This document shows, piece after piece, positions 1 through 9,018 of a stretch of 64,000 nt of DNA. The notes below the pieces were generated by a model. That model ran no database searches and had not been told where the DNA came from. It saw only the letters and a list, made by a program, of their open reading frames with translations. Source of the stretch: a virus; IMG/VR virus record IMGVR_UViG_3300020045_008546, positions 1-64,000 of that record; one strand, written 5' to 3'. Position 1 is the stretch's first letter, and each line of letters starts with the position of its first letter. A program made the translations under genes and the position numbers.

Positions 1-346
1 AAGAAATATTGTTATCGCAAGTATAGTAAGTATCATTCTAGTAGTTGTTTTAATGCCTCTACGTCATTCATATTCCTTACTATCAATCCAATCCCACCGT
101 TATTATTTAAGGCGTTTAAAATGTTCTTACCACTATATTTCAAATATAGAAGCTAATAGAGTTTCATTTGGAATTAAGAAAGCTAATTTAATACTTTCTA
201 AACTTGGTTTTGAGATTATTCATTTAGTTAAATTAAATAAAATAAGTGAAGAATAAAGTCATTATTTTAGCACTTTTATTGTTGTGTTTTTCAATTATTT
301 TTAGTATATTCATAAACGTTTTACCAATTATTAAACAACTAATCAG

Positions 347-2061
347 ATGAATTTTTATCTTCCAAATGACGAAAGAATTAATGTTAAACAAAGGGAGTTT
401 TTGATAGCACATAATGAGTTGCCAGAGTTTAGTTATAAGTTACAAGTAAAGTATTCAGTACTAGGTTTTAGCTTTTGGAGAACAGTAAACAAGGCGGTTG
501 ATAGTAGTAGTTTAACGCCTTCAATGAGTATTGGTAAGATGAAGGAACGATTAATGTTAGTATAGTGGGATGGCTTATATGTTATCCGGTGTTATTTATT
601 TTTTTATTATTTATAGGAAAAAGAAAGAATGAAAAAAATATTTGATTTAAGTAAATTAGTAAGTATTTCTATTAAAGGTAAAGTTAATACATGGGGATAT
701 TTTTATCATAAAAAATCAACTAACTGGTATGGAAAAGAAATTAAAGAAGGATTCTATTATTATGGAGAATTCCAAGGTAGTTCAGTAGAAATAGTTTCCA
801 ATAACAACAAATTAATGGTTGAGGATAATGTACTTTACTATAAACCTAGTGTTACATTAAAGTTTGTTGATGGTTCAGAGACTGTTAAATACTTCCAAAA
901 CTTTGCAATGGCTAATAAATTTGGTCACGAATTAGCTAGTAAACATTTCACATCTAAACTTGAAATAAAAGAATGAGATCATATTTTTTCTTTCACAACG
1001 AATTTGAATTATTATCACATCTTGAAGATGAAGATGGTTTTATTGAAATAGATGTTCCTTTCGAATTATTGGCACACATGCAATTAGATGATATGGTTAC
1101 TAAGAAATTAGAAGGCTATACTGGCGAAGAAATAGAATTACATCTATTGGTTAATTCGAGAATGTTTGACTTCGTTAAAGACGAATTTTCGATACAATGT
1201 CAAATTGGTACACCCATAGAAGAAGGAGGAAGTAACTTAGGGTTTGGTCAATCTTTGAATTGATATGAATTTAGAATATAACATCGAAACATTAAAGGCG
1301 TTAAAAGAGCTTAAAAATAACTGGAATGGAGGAGATAGCGAACCTATACCACATAAATTTATTGATATAGCACTAGATCATATATCAAAGTTATTAATTC
1401 AACCAAAAGTTACGCCTTATGATAACGGTATTTGTTTTGAATGGGCGACTGGAAGCGACAATCTAATTCAAGTCAATATCTCAGACAATATTGAGTATAT
1501 AGTTTCAATCGAGCAAGATTTGGTCTACGATCAAATAATTGAATCTAAATTTATCGGGCAGTACGTGAATCGGATATTAAAGCAAGAACTTAAAAATACG
1601 CCTTACTGATGTTAATTAACTCAAAAATAAATATAGGCGATTCAGAGTTATTTTTTTTAATCAGTAAGGATATAAGCTGGTTTCATGATAATTGTAAAAC
1701 TCCTGATATATTGAAACTACTCCAAGTCCGAGATCATCTTGCCACTTGCTCATACAATTTAGCAAGTATTTGCGCTGATTTTAAAAGTAATTATAATACT
1801 AACTATTACATTCGTAAGATTGAAACAGCGCGTAAAAAACAAGGTTTAATTAATTCGGGGAAAAGTGCCGCACAAAGCGAAACGGATAGTATAGTAGCTA
1901 TGTCAGATCATTTTAAAAACGAATTAGAAGCAGAAGCTAATAGTTATAAAGTAGATTTACTTTTAAAGCAAGTTAACAAGATTTTAGACGCAATGAATCA
2001 AAGAATAGCTTTTGCAAGATCAGAAGAATATACGGCTAGGAAACAAGAAAATAATGTTTAG
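347..2061 (+). CDS. Block of five small hypothetical genes (347-565, 629-976, 973-1263, 1265-1609, 1609-2061)
   Basis: Closely packed or overlapping ORFs; the last is helical and coiled-coil-like; no family recognised with confidence. Confidence 0.7.
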
Positions 2062-2063
2062 TA

Positions 2064-2095
2064 TTTGGTAATTAAAAAAATTAATTGTACATTTG
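2064..2095 (+). promoter_or_regulatory. Bacteroidota sigma-A type promoter of the tRNA operon
   Basis: TTTG (2064-2067), 20-nt spacer, TACATTTG (2088-2095), matching the -33 TTTG / -7 TAnnTTTG consensus. Confidence 0.8.
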
Positions 2096-2099
2096 AATT

Positions 2100-2168
2100 A
2101 TGAAAACAACAAATTTATATAGCTATCTCTTTTGCTCGTGGAGTCGTAAGATTTTCCAAGTGGAATAG
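2100..2168 (+). CDS. Putative attenuator leader peptide MKTTNLYSYLFCSWSRKIFQVE (22 aa; not in ORF track)
   Basis: ATG 2100 to TAG 2168; codons 6-15 are TTA TAT AGC TAT CTC TTT TGC TCG TGG AGT, matching the amino acids of the downstream tRNAs; overlaps alternative hairpins. Confidence 0.85.
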   Translation: MKTTNLYSYLFCSWSRKIFQVE

Positions 2169-2191
2169 CTATATCAAATTTAAAAAGATAT

Positions 2192-2229
2192 AAACTCAAC
2201 TTGGTATAAAATCCGGGTTGAGTTTTTTT
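2192..2229 (+). terminator. Intrinsic terminator (attenuator) immediately 5' of the tRNA array
   Basis: Stem AAACTCAACTTGG / CCGGGTTGAGTTT (two G-U pairs) with T7 tract 2223-2229; tRNA-Phe starts at 2232. Confidence 0.85.
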
Positions 2230-2231
2230 AT

Positions 2232-2307
2232 GGAATTATAACTCAGTTGGTAGAGTGTCAGATTGAAGATCTGATGGTCATTGGTTCAAGTCCAATTAAT
2301 TCCACCA
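2232..2307 (+). tRNA. tRNA-Phe(GAA)
   Basis: Cloverleaf GGAATTA...TAATTCC-A-CCA; anticodon arm TCAGA TT GAA GA TCTGA; T loop TTCAAGT. Confidence 0.95.
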
Positions 2308-2315
2308 ATAAATAC

Positions 2316-2386
2316 GCATGAATCGTTCAATGGTAGGACGGCAGACTCCAAATCTGTTCATAGAGGTTCGAATCCTTTTTCGTGTG
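2316..2386 (+). tRNA. tRNA-Trp(CCA)
   Basis: GCATGAA...TTCGTGT-G; anticodon arm GCAGA CT CCA AA TCTGT; T loop TTCGAAT. Confidence 0.9.
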
Positions 2387-2392
2387 CGAAAT

Positions 2393-2466
2393 GGCTTTGT
2401 AGCCCAAATGGTAGAGGCAATAGACTTAGGATCTATTTAGTGAGAGTTCGAATCTCTCCAAAGTTA
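2393..2466 (+). tRNA. tRNA-Leu(TAG), short variable loop
   Basis: GGCTTTG...CAAAGTT-A; anticodon arm ATAGA CT TAG GA TCTAT; T arm GAGAG TTCGAAT CTCTC. Confidence 0.88.
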
Positions 2467-2473
2467 CAAGTAT

Positions 2474-2546
2474 AGCTCAATAGTCCAAAGGCAGAGACAT
2501 CGGTCTTAAACACCGTACAGTATGGGTTCGAGTCCCATTTGAGCCA
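2474..2546 (+). tRNA. tRNA-Leu(TAA), short variable loop
   Basis: AGCTCAA...TTGAGCC-A; anticodon arm TCGGT CT TAA AC ACCGT; T arm ATGGG TTCGAGT CCCAT. Confidence 0.85.
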
Positions 2547-2553
2547 CTAAAAT

Positions 2554-2638
2554 AGATGGATGCAGCCGTGGTGGTAATCTAGTATTGAAAACTAGCGCAG
2601 TCAGAAATGACGGGGTTCGAATCCTAATTCATCTGCCA
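2554..2638 (+). tRNA. tRNA-Ser(TGA), atypical D and T arms
   Basis: AGATGGA...TTCATCT-G-CCA; anticodon arm CTAGT AT TGA AA ACTAG; long variable arm GTCA GAAA TGAC. Confidence 0.75.
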
Positions 2639-2646
2639 ATTTAAAT

Positions 2647-2731
2647 TGAGAAGTGCCGGAGTGGTTGATCGGGACGCACTGCTAACGCGTTGATCAGAAA
2701 TGATCCAAGAGTTCGAATCTCTTTTTCTCAA
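2647..2731 (+). tRNA. tRNA-Ser(GCT)
   Basis: TGAGAAG...TTTCTCA-A; anticodon loop CT GCT AA; long variable arm GATCA GAAA TGATC. Confidence 0.9.
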
Positions 2732-2737
2732 CAAAAT

Positions 2738-2809
2738 GATAGTATGGCCGAGTGGACAAGGCATCCGATTGCAAACCGGACAACGTTGGTTCGAATCCGA
2801 CTATTATCT
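2738..2809 (+). tRNA. tRNA-Cys(GCA)
   Basis: GATAGTA...TATTATC-T (U73 discriminator typical of Cys); anticodon loop TT GCA AA. Confidence 0.92.
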
Positions 2810-2818
2810 CAATTATAT

Positions 2819-2902
2819 TCCAAGGTCGCTCAGCAGGAAACGGCGCAAAACTGTAAATTTTGTAATCCGCATGGATTGGGAGTTCGAGTCTCTCTCTTGG
2901 AA
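2819..2902 (+). tRNA. tRNA-Tyr(GTA)
   Basis: TCCAAGG...TCTTGGA-A; anticodon arm CAAAA CT GTA AA TTTTG; long variable arm AATCC GCAT GGATT. Confidence 0.9.
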
Positions 2903-2980
2903 CTATTTTTATTTTAAGCTATCTTAGCGATTTAACCCACTTCTAATATACTTCAAAAGGTGGTCAATTAGCTCCAAAAT

Positions 2981-3015
2981 AAAAAACCATGATAGATTAT
3001 ACTGTCATGGTTTTT
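2981..3015. terminator. Bidirectional intrinsic terminator between tRNA array and endolysin
   Basis: AAAAAACCATGATAG...CTGTCATGGTTTTT inverted repeat between convergent units. Confidence 0.8.
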
Positions 3016-3066
3016 GCAATACATACAACTAAACAAAATGAATGAAACGCGTCAAACAAATTATAT

Positions 3067-3705
3067 CTATAATACTTTTATGATCTTATTATATAGATCA
3101 GTTCTTTCAGCTAAGTGCGAATTCCCTCCGTTAATCTTACGAGTAGCACCTTTAATATCTTGCTTATCTGCAAACAAATTTAGTTTATTTTTACGCCAAT
3201 AAAAAGCACCTGCATAAAGGCTATTTTTAGGCTCTATAACAGCATCAGGATACTTAACAAAGTCATTGGATAAGAATACACCTAAATTATCAGTAAAGTC
3301 TCTATAATTAGATTTTCCGGTCAATTGAATCGTTCCTCTTCCAATATATTTCCAACCATCTCGTGATTCAAAATTTCCATTCCCGTTTTTATTTTCATAA
3401 GATGTACTAGCAATTAATTCTGGTTTTTTTTGAATAGATATTGCTAATTTATTGGGAACTTTAATCTTAGATAATGGATTAACGGCATATAACTTAGGCC
3501 AAGTATTAGCTAAGCCTTGCGCTGAATACATTAAATTTTCAACGAACTTTGTATAATATTGTGACTCAACACCAGTCTGAGCAAAGAATTGAGCTAAACG
3601 CCTTTCATTAGTTAATTCACAATACTCAACTACCTCAGAAAAATATGGGTCGAACTGCCCTATTTTAGAACCTTTAAAGATTTGTTTTATTTCGTTCGGT
3701 ATCAT
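3067..3705 (-). CDS. Endolysin, glycoside hydrolase family 19
   Basis: Motifs RLAQFFAQTGVES, ENLMYS, DGWKYIGRGTIQLTGKSNY, TRKINGG; likely start MIPNEIK at 3705 rather than 3891. Confidence 0.9.
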   Translation of the reverse strand: MIPNEIKQIFKGSKIGQFDPYFSEVVEYCELTNERRLAQFFAQTGVESQYYTKFVENLMYSAQGLANTWPKLYAVNPLSKIKVPNKLAISIQKKPELIASTSYENKNGNGNFESRDGWKYIGRGTIQLTGKSNYRDFTDNLGVFLSNDFVKYPDAVIEPKNSLYAGAFYWRKNKLNLFADKQDIKGATRKINGGNSHLAERTDLYNKIIKVL

Positions 3706-3707
3706 AA

Positions 3708-5519
3708 TCAATAAATTTCTGTACCAGATACATATGTCAAAACAGTTGATCCACTTGTAGAACCAACAATGCGGCAAAGAGCACCCGCTGGAATAGTAGC
3801 CGATAAGCAAGCCGTTTGAGCTGTTACTGAATTTAAAACAACTGCTAAGGTAACAGTATTTGAGTTCATTAACGTTCCTGCATTTATCCAAGTGGAACCG
3901 CCATTAGTTGAATACTGTAAAACAACTGAACCAGAAGATGCGCCCCCAATAGTAGCAGTACAAGTAATCGTAATATAATAATTAACATCAGCTTGCAATG
4001 TTGCAGAAGGTGTAAACGTAGTACTATTAATAGGTCTTGTTACAGCGTTAATAGTAGGCGTATATCTTCCCGGAATATTTAAAACACCAGTAGAGTTATT
4101 ATAAGTAGCAGCGGTTAAATCATTTCCTGTTGTTGTTAAACTTAGTGCAAGTCTAGCCTTTGTATCTGTGTATCCATCGGTAATGCCATAACCTGACATT
4201 GTAGTTGGTTTACCTGTAAGACTAGAAAATGATTGAGCCGGAACAGACGATATATAACCTGACGGATTACTTGAACTATACCCATCCGTAATTCCGTATC
4301 CCGATAATGTTGTAGGCTTACCCGTCAAGCTACTAAAAGTTTGATTTGGGACACTTGAAATGAAGTTAGCTCCGTTGGTAAGCTGATTTGTATTGCTAGG
4401 GATAGAAGGCTTATTTAATATTTGTCCTAATCCACTAGAAGCATTCCAATCAGCATTAATTTGAGCACTAGGTATACTTGGAAGTCCTATAAGGTCTGAA
4501 TAATTACCTGTAATAGAAACAGTACTAAGGGTTGGTTTCCCCGTTATTGATGCCCATGACTGAGCCGGAATAGAACTGATATAATTATTTGGGTTGCTTG
4601 CTAAATAGTAAACAGATAAATTCGGTTTATTTAGTATTTGCGACAGTCCAGAAGAGCTATTCCAGTCAGTGTTAACAGGTGAACTAGGTATAGTAGGAGT
4701 CCCGGTTAAATCGCTATATAAGCCACTTGTGGCGACTGTTGCAAATGTAGGCTTACCAGTTATAGATGAATAGCTTTGAGCAGGCACAGAGCTTAAATAA
4801 TTAGCGTCATTTGCGAATGCAGAAACATTACTTGGAATAGTCGGGATAGTTGGTTTCCCTGATAGATCAGAATATAATCCAGAATTAGCAACAGTAGAAA
4901 AAATAGGCTTACCCGAAACAGACAACCAAGTAGGAATATAATTAACTGATTTCCATTTTCCTGTTGTGTCAGATATTGCTAACCTTTTATTAATTCGATT
5001 AGACAAACTAACAGTATCTGGAATTACAGGTTTATTTAGTATTTGTGATGTGCCTGAATTGGAATTCCAATCCGAATTTACTTGTGATATTATTGTAGGC
5101 TTATTGGATAAATCATTATAACTACCTGACGTTGCAACCGAGCTAAATGTAGGTTTGCTAGTTACATTAATCCAAGATGGAACCCAGTTTATTGAACGCC
5201 AATGGTTACTAGTATCTGACTTAGATAACTTGGAATTGATAACCGTTTTCATAGATGCAATAGAATCACTAGCAACAGATATTTTCATATAAGGCGCATT
5301 ATTATGAACCAAGCTATCGTGCATCCATTTCATTTGAAACGCCCTTATTTTAATTGAATCTTGCTTAGCTACATAAATCCTATTGCCCGTACCTAACCAT
5401 AAAAAATTACTTACAGTTGTGTCTTTTGGGATAGCTTGCGTTGAAAGTAATGTTGCCGCTTGTCCGAATACTACATTGGATACGAAAATCAATGCAATAG
5501 TAAAAAATAAACTTTTCAT
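3708..5519 (-). CDS. Fibre-like repeat protein with N-terminal signal peptide
   Basis: Many (W/F/Y)xSITGKPT, SGxYSDL, DWNxSSG and TTLSGYGITD repeats typical of tail fibres; N-terminus MKSLFFTIALIFVSNVVFG-Q. Confidence 0.7.
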   Translation of the reverse strand: MKSLFFTIALIFVSNVVFGQAATLLSTQAIPKDTTVSNFLWLGTGNRIYVAKQDSIKIRAFQMKWMHDSLVHNNAPYMKISVASDSIASMKTVINSKLSKSDTSNHWRSINWVPSWINVTSKPTFSSVATSGSYNDLSNKPTIISQVNSDWNSNSGTSQILNKPVIPDTVSLSNRINKRLAISDTTGKWKSVNYIPTWLSVSGKPIFSTVANSGLYSDLSGKPTIPTIPSNVSAFANDANYLSSVPAQSYSSITGKPTFATVATSGLYSDLTGTPTIPSSPVNTDWNSSSGLSQILNKPNLSVYYLASNPNNYISSIPAQSWASITGKPTLSTVSITGNYSDLIGLPSIPSAQINADWNASSGLGQILNKPSIPSNTNQLTNGANFISSVPNQTFSSLTGKPTTLSGYGITDGYSSSNPSGYISSVPAQSFSSLTGKPTTMSGYGITDGYTDTKARLALSLTTTGNDLTAATYNNSTGVLNIPGRYTPTINAVTRPINSTTFTPSATLQADVNYYITITCTATIGGASSGSVVLQYSTNGGSTWINAGTLMNSNTVTLAVVLNSVTAQTACLSATIPAGALCRIVGSTSGSTVLTYVSGTEIY

Positions 5520-5572
5520 GAGTACTGATATTTGAGTTAGTTAATTTTCTCGTGTATCAGTGGGTTATTTCA

Positions 5573-6745
5573 TTAAGATCCTTTTACGATCCAATACATT
5601 CCATTATGAATAATTTCACTATTTTCACCTGTCATTAATGTCATAGTATTAGCTAACGCGCCAGATATATAAAAATCATTTGAACCACTAAAACTATTAA
5701 TAGTAACAGTTCCTACACCTGTATTAAGTAATGTTAAGGCTAATCCCCCATTACCAGTTAAAGTTGGCATAGTCCAAATAGATGAAGTAGAGCCAGTGTA
5801 TGTATAAACTCTATTTGTGCTAGTTAATGACAAGGTACTAGCAGAAGATATTGTTGTTTTTAATTTGATACTAGTAGAAAATACAACTAGACCATTAAAA
5901 GTAGTCGTTCCATTAAGTGTTTTATCACCTAAAATAGTTTGATTTGTCGTTAAATCTGCATAACTTGTATTAGTCGGGATAGCAGGAAATGTTACCCATT
6001 GTTTAAGACCGTTCCAGTACTGACCACTCGATCCACTAGTAATAGTCGGTTCTTGTATAACATTAAGTACATTCCCTAACCCAACTTTTGATTTAGTTAA
6101 TGTTAACCAACTTGGATCTGTATAACTACCTGATAATTGAACGCCTGTTGATGTTGTCAAGGCATCCGTTATACCGTAACCATTAACTGTTGTAGGCTTA
6201 GAAGTTATTGATGCAAATGAATGGGAGTGAAGAATAGGCGCATAATAAGTATCAGCACTAGCTTTTGTTAATCCATTAGATGTGATATAAGGCATTAAGT
6301 CTGTTTGATCTGTAATATCGCCTTCTATAAAACCCCAAGTACTGGCAGGATTTAATTCAGCATTGATATTAACTATTGTTTCATCACCTATAACAACTTG
6401 ATTAGTTATATCTTGATAATTACCCGGTTTATTAGTAGTAACACAATCACAAGCGATAATACTAGCACTACCATCTAAAATATATATAACAAAAGGATTT
6501 TTAAGTAGCTTTAACTTATCCGAAGAAAATACAATAGAAAGTAACTGACCATTAAAAGATAATACAGGTTGTATATCATCGCCAGTAATTACACTATTAT
6601 CTAATTTCTTATTTAACCTAACAGAAATATTAGACACATCGAAAGTATCGGGAAATGAAAATTTAATCGATATATTATTATCGACAAATAATTCTATTTT
6701 CCCTCCGTATGACGGCTTGTTTGATATAATACTTTCTGTGTTCAT
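5573..6745 (-). CDS. Tail fibre / appendage protein
   Basis: WGFIEGDITDQTDL, HSHSFASITSKPTTVNGYGITDA and KSKVGLGNV fibre motifs; shared N-terminal domain. Confidence 0.7.
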   Translation of the reverse strand: MNTESIISNKPSYGGKIELFVDNNISIKFSFPDTFDVSNISVRLNKKLDNSVITGDDIQPVLSFNGQLLSIVFSSDKLKLLKNPFVIYILDGSASIIACDCVTTNKPGNYQDITNQVVIGDETIVNINAELNPASTWGFIEGDITDQTDLMPYITSNGLTKASADTYYAPILHSHSFASITSKPTTVNGYGITDALTTSTGVQLSGSYTDPSWLTLTKSKVGLGNVLNVIQEPTITSGSSGQYWNGLKQWVTFPAIPTNTSYADLTTNQTILGDKTLNGTTTFNGLVVFSTSIKLKTTISSASTLSLTSTNRVYTYTGSTSSIWTMPTLTGNGGLALTLLNTGVGTVTINSFSGSNDFYISGALANTMTLMTGENSEIIHNGMYWIVKGS

Positions 6746-6766
6746 TGTGTCATGTTAATTAATATT

Positions 6767-6808
6767 TTTTGTTTTTCCCTAAGAGGAAGGGTGAGGGATA
6801 GGTGGGTT
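6767..6808. repeat. 42-bp direct repeat, copy 1
   Basis: TTTTGTTTTTCCCTAAGAGGAAGGGTGAGGGATAGGTGGGTT identical to 39945-39986. Confidence 0.95.
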
Positions 6809-6818
6809 GCCTCAGCGG

Positions 6819-8099
6819 TTATGTAATTTCATTAATCACTGTCAAATCCTTTTTAAATTGAGAATAAAAAGGAAGTGTTTTTATGTAATTATATAATCCG
6901 GTTTTCATTAATGCGTGCCCATACCCACCCGGATGTAATCTACTTCCTAACACTCTTTCCGCATTAGTAAAATTTAAATCAGCTGTTGCGGTAGCATTAA
7001 GCGCAAACGTTGTACTTAAATCAAAATAAGACAACTTCATAGCGGGATAAGGTTTATTGTTATTAGCAATGTCACTTAAAACAGCACGGTAATTTGGCAG
7101 TGTTGATCTTGCAGCAACATCTGTTACTGGGTCGCCTAATAAAATAAACTGTGCATCAGGATTTAATCTGTATAAATATTTCAGAATTGCCATGTAATTA
7201 GCTCTAAATGTATTTATATCTAATGCCAACCCTGCATCATTGGTGCTTGCTTGAATGGTACAAAAATCAAATTTTATAAAGTCGTATCTATGAGATAAAA
7301 CTTGTTCTAAAATTGCAGTGGATGTACTGCCCCCAAATCCATGATTAATATATCTAATATCAATACCATCATTCCTAAGCTGATTTTTAAGCCTTGCATT
7401 GTAATAACTATCACCCTTAAAAAGGATATTAGTGGTAACTTCATTTCCTAACCTTGACCAACCAATCGAATTTGATATAGATAAATAAGTATATCTGGCA
7501 TTCAGCTCTAATGATGATGTTATATACTCAATTGCTGCAACTAAGCTAACATTACAGGCCGTTGCAGATGTTTGAGTTACGGTTAAATTTATATAACCGT
7601 TTTCAAATATCACAGTATCTATTGGGATGTTAACTATTGCATCTTTCCCGTCAATAAGTGTCCTTGTCATTGTAAGAACTTCTGGATCATGATCACCCGG
7701 AATTGATGATTTCCTCATGGTCACCGTTGCTGTACATCCGCCTCCGTTATTAATTAACGACAGCGACTTCAATAACCCAATCTTACCCATAACTACTCTA
7801 ATCTCCCCTGAACTTACTTGATTCAAGGTTGTTGTAGCTACTGCAATATGGGAAGTACCATAAACTCCCTCCGAGGCTGCTATATCTTTTATTCTGGTAT
7901 AGATATTACCAATTCTCCCCCCTTCCTTCAACCCATTAGAGGCATTAGCGCCGTCTGTAACAGATGTTCTAAAAGAATCAAAATAAGATTGTGCTGCACT
8001 AATAATTACACTACCACCATTTTTTATAATAGTGGATGCGTTAAAAGCATTTGTTAACTTAGTAAAAAATGATGTTACTCCATCTATCTTTAATGCCAT
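6819..8099 (-). CDS. Appendage protein with C-terminal SGNH/GDSL esterase domain
   Basis: SGNH-like blocks ISNSIG, NHGFGGSTS, ASTND, RLHPGGYGH. Confidence 0.75.
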   Translation of the reverse strand: MALKIDGVTSFFTKLTNAFNASTIIKNGGSVIISAAQSYFDSFRTSVTDGANASNGLKEGGRIGNIYTRIKDIAASEGVYGTSHIAVATTTLNQVSSGEIRVVMGKIGLLKSLSLINNGGGCTATVTMRKSSIPGDHDPEVLTMTRTLIDGKDAIVNIPIDTVIFENGYINLTVTQTSATACNVSLVAAIEYITSSLELNARYTYLSISNSIGWSRLGNEVTTNILFKGDSYYNARLKNQLRNDGIDIRYINHGFGGSTSTAILEQVLSHRYDFIKFDFCTIQASTNDAGLALDINTFRANYMAILKYLYRLNPDAQFILLGDPVTDVAARSTLPNYRAVLSDIANNNKPYPAMKLSYFDLSTTFALNATATADLNFTNAERVLGSRLHPGGYGHALMKTGLYNYIKTLPFYSQFKKDLTVINEIT

Positions 8100-8101
8100 T
8101 T

Positions 8102-8938
8102 CTATGTATTAGTTAAATAGTCAGGGTCTAAACCTAAAAAAGCCACTTTCTTTCCAGAAGGTAGCGCGGGATTGTATATGTAAAAACTTGGTAGTCCTTG
8201 ATTGTAAGTAGGCGATACAGGATCATCATCTAAGTTATAAGCAGTATCAGCTATAACATCAATACGCCTGAATAACGAACCAGTAAATAAAGGAACCGCA
8301 TCATTATAAGTAGCGACTGTAACACTTGCATTGGATATAGCTACTATTTGATCCCTTGCCGCTTCTGACGCTATTCTAGCCGTAGTACTTAATCCTGCTT
8401 GTGTTGTTGATATTGCCGCCTGATTAGTTGATATAGTAGCTTGATTCGTTGCGGTTGTTGCTGAATTATAAGCGTTAGTAGCAAATGTTTGAGCTGAATT
8501 TTTAAATGTTTCAGCATCATCAGCCGCTTGTTCAGCACGTTCTACATAAACTTCAACTAACAAGGCGTCTATTACTTCAACAGATACAGAAGTAGCATCG
8601 CCAAGGATTACATTAAACGTTTGCAATACAGGGGTTCCACCAGAGGATTTCAACTCAACTGTTGCACCTATTATAGCATTTGCGCCTTTATATATGAAGA
8701 TTTGAAAAATAGGAAGATTAATAGAAATAAAATCTTCTTTTGTAAGTGTAGCAGTAACCGTTTGACCTGATACTGAAATAGAAACTAATCCAGTATGAAA
8801 TCGTTCTTTGTAGTATAATTTAGAAGTAATGTTACTTATATCGTATCCATCAGGAAATAAAAATGATAATTCCAGACTATGATCACGGAAGGCGTAAATT
8901 CTTGGTATGGAACTCGGTAAATTATTTGGATTGATCAT
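8102..8938 (-). CDS. Putative structural appendage adaptor (paralog of 41781-42632)
   Basis: N-terminal FRDHSLELSFLFPDGY domain, then an Ala/Thr-rich coiled coil. Confidence 0.6.
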   Translation of the reverse strand: MINPNNLPSSIPRIYAFRDHSLELSFLFPDGYDISNITSKLYYKERFHTGLVSISVSGQTVTATLTKEDFISINLPIFQIFIYKGANAIIGATVELKSSGGTPVLQTFNVILGDATSVSVEVIDALLVEVYVERAEQAADDAETFKNSAQTFATNAYNSATTATNQATISTNQAAISTTQAGLSTTARIASEAARDQIVAISNASVTVATYNDAVPLFTGSLFRRIDVIADTAYNLDDDPVSPTYNQGLPSFYIYNPALPSGKKVAFLGLDPDYLTNT

Positions 8939-9018
8939 TGCTCTGTCTCACGGTTCTCTTTCACTTGCAAAACAAAGATATAAATAAATTTGGTTAACTG
9001 AAAACAGTTTCGTATAGT

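Noticed and set aside
2100-2230. T-box riboswitch as the control element of the tRNA array
   Set aside because: No T-box consensus (AAnnnGGTGGnACC-type bulge) or long stem I; the leader-ORF model fits the sequence better.
2393-2638. tRNAs with TAG, TAA and TGA anticodons as stop-codon suppressors or evidence of recoding
   Set aside because: Read 5'-3' these anticodons decode CUA, UUA and UCA; suppressors would be CTA, TTA, TCA. Genes end normally in all three stops and long ORFs are intact in code 11.
2281-2927. ORFs 2281-2475, 2690-2917 and 2700-2927
   Set aside because: They overlap well-formed tRNA genes and are spurious translations.
3706-3891. N-terminal 62-aa extension of the endolysin in the ORF track
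   Set aside because: Overlaps the end of the upstream fibre gene in another frame; ATG at 3705 directly follows that gene's stop.
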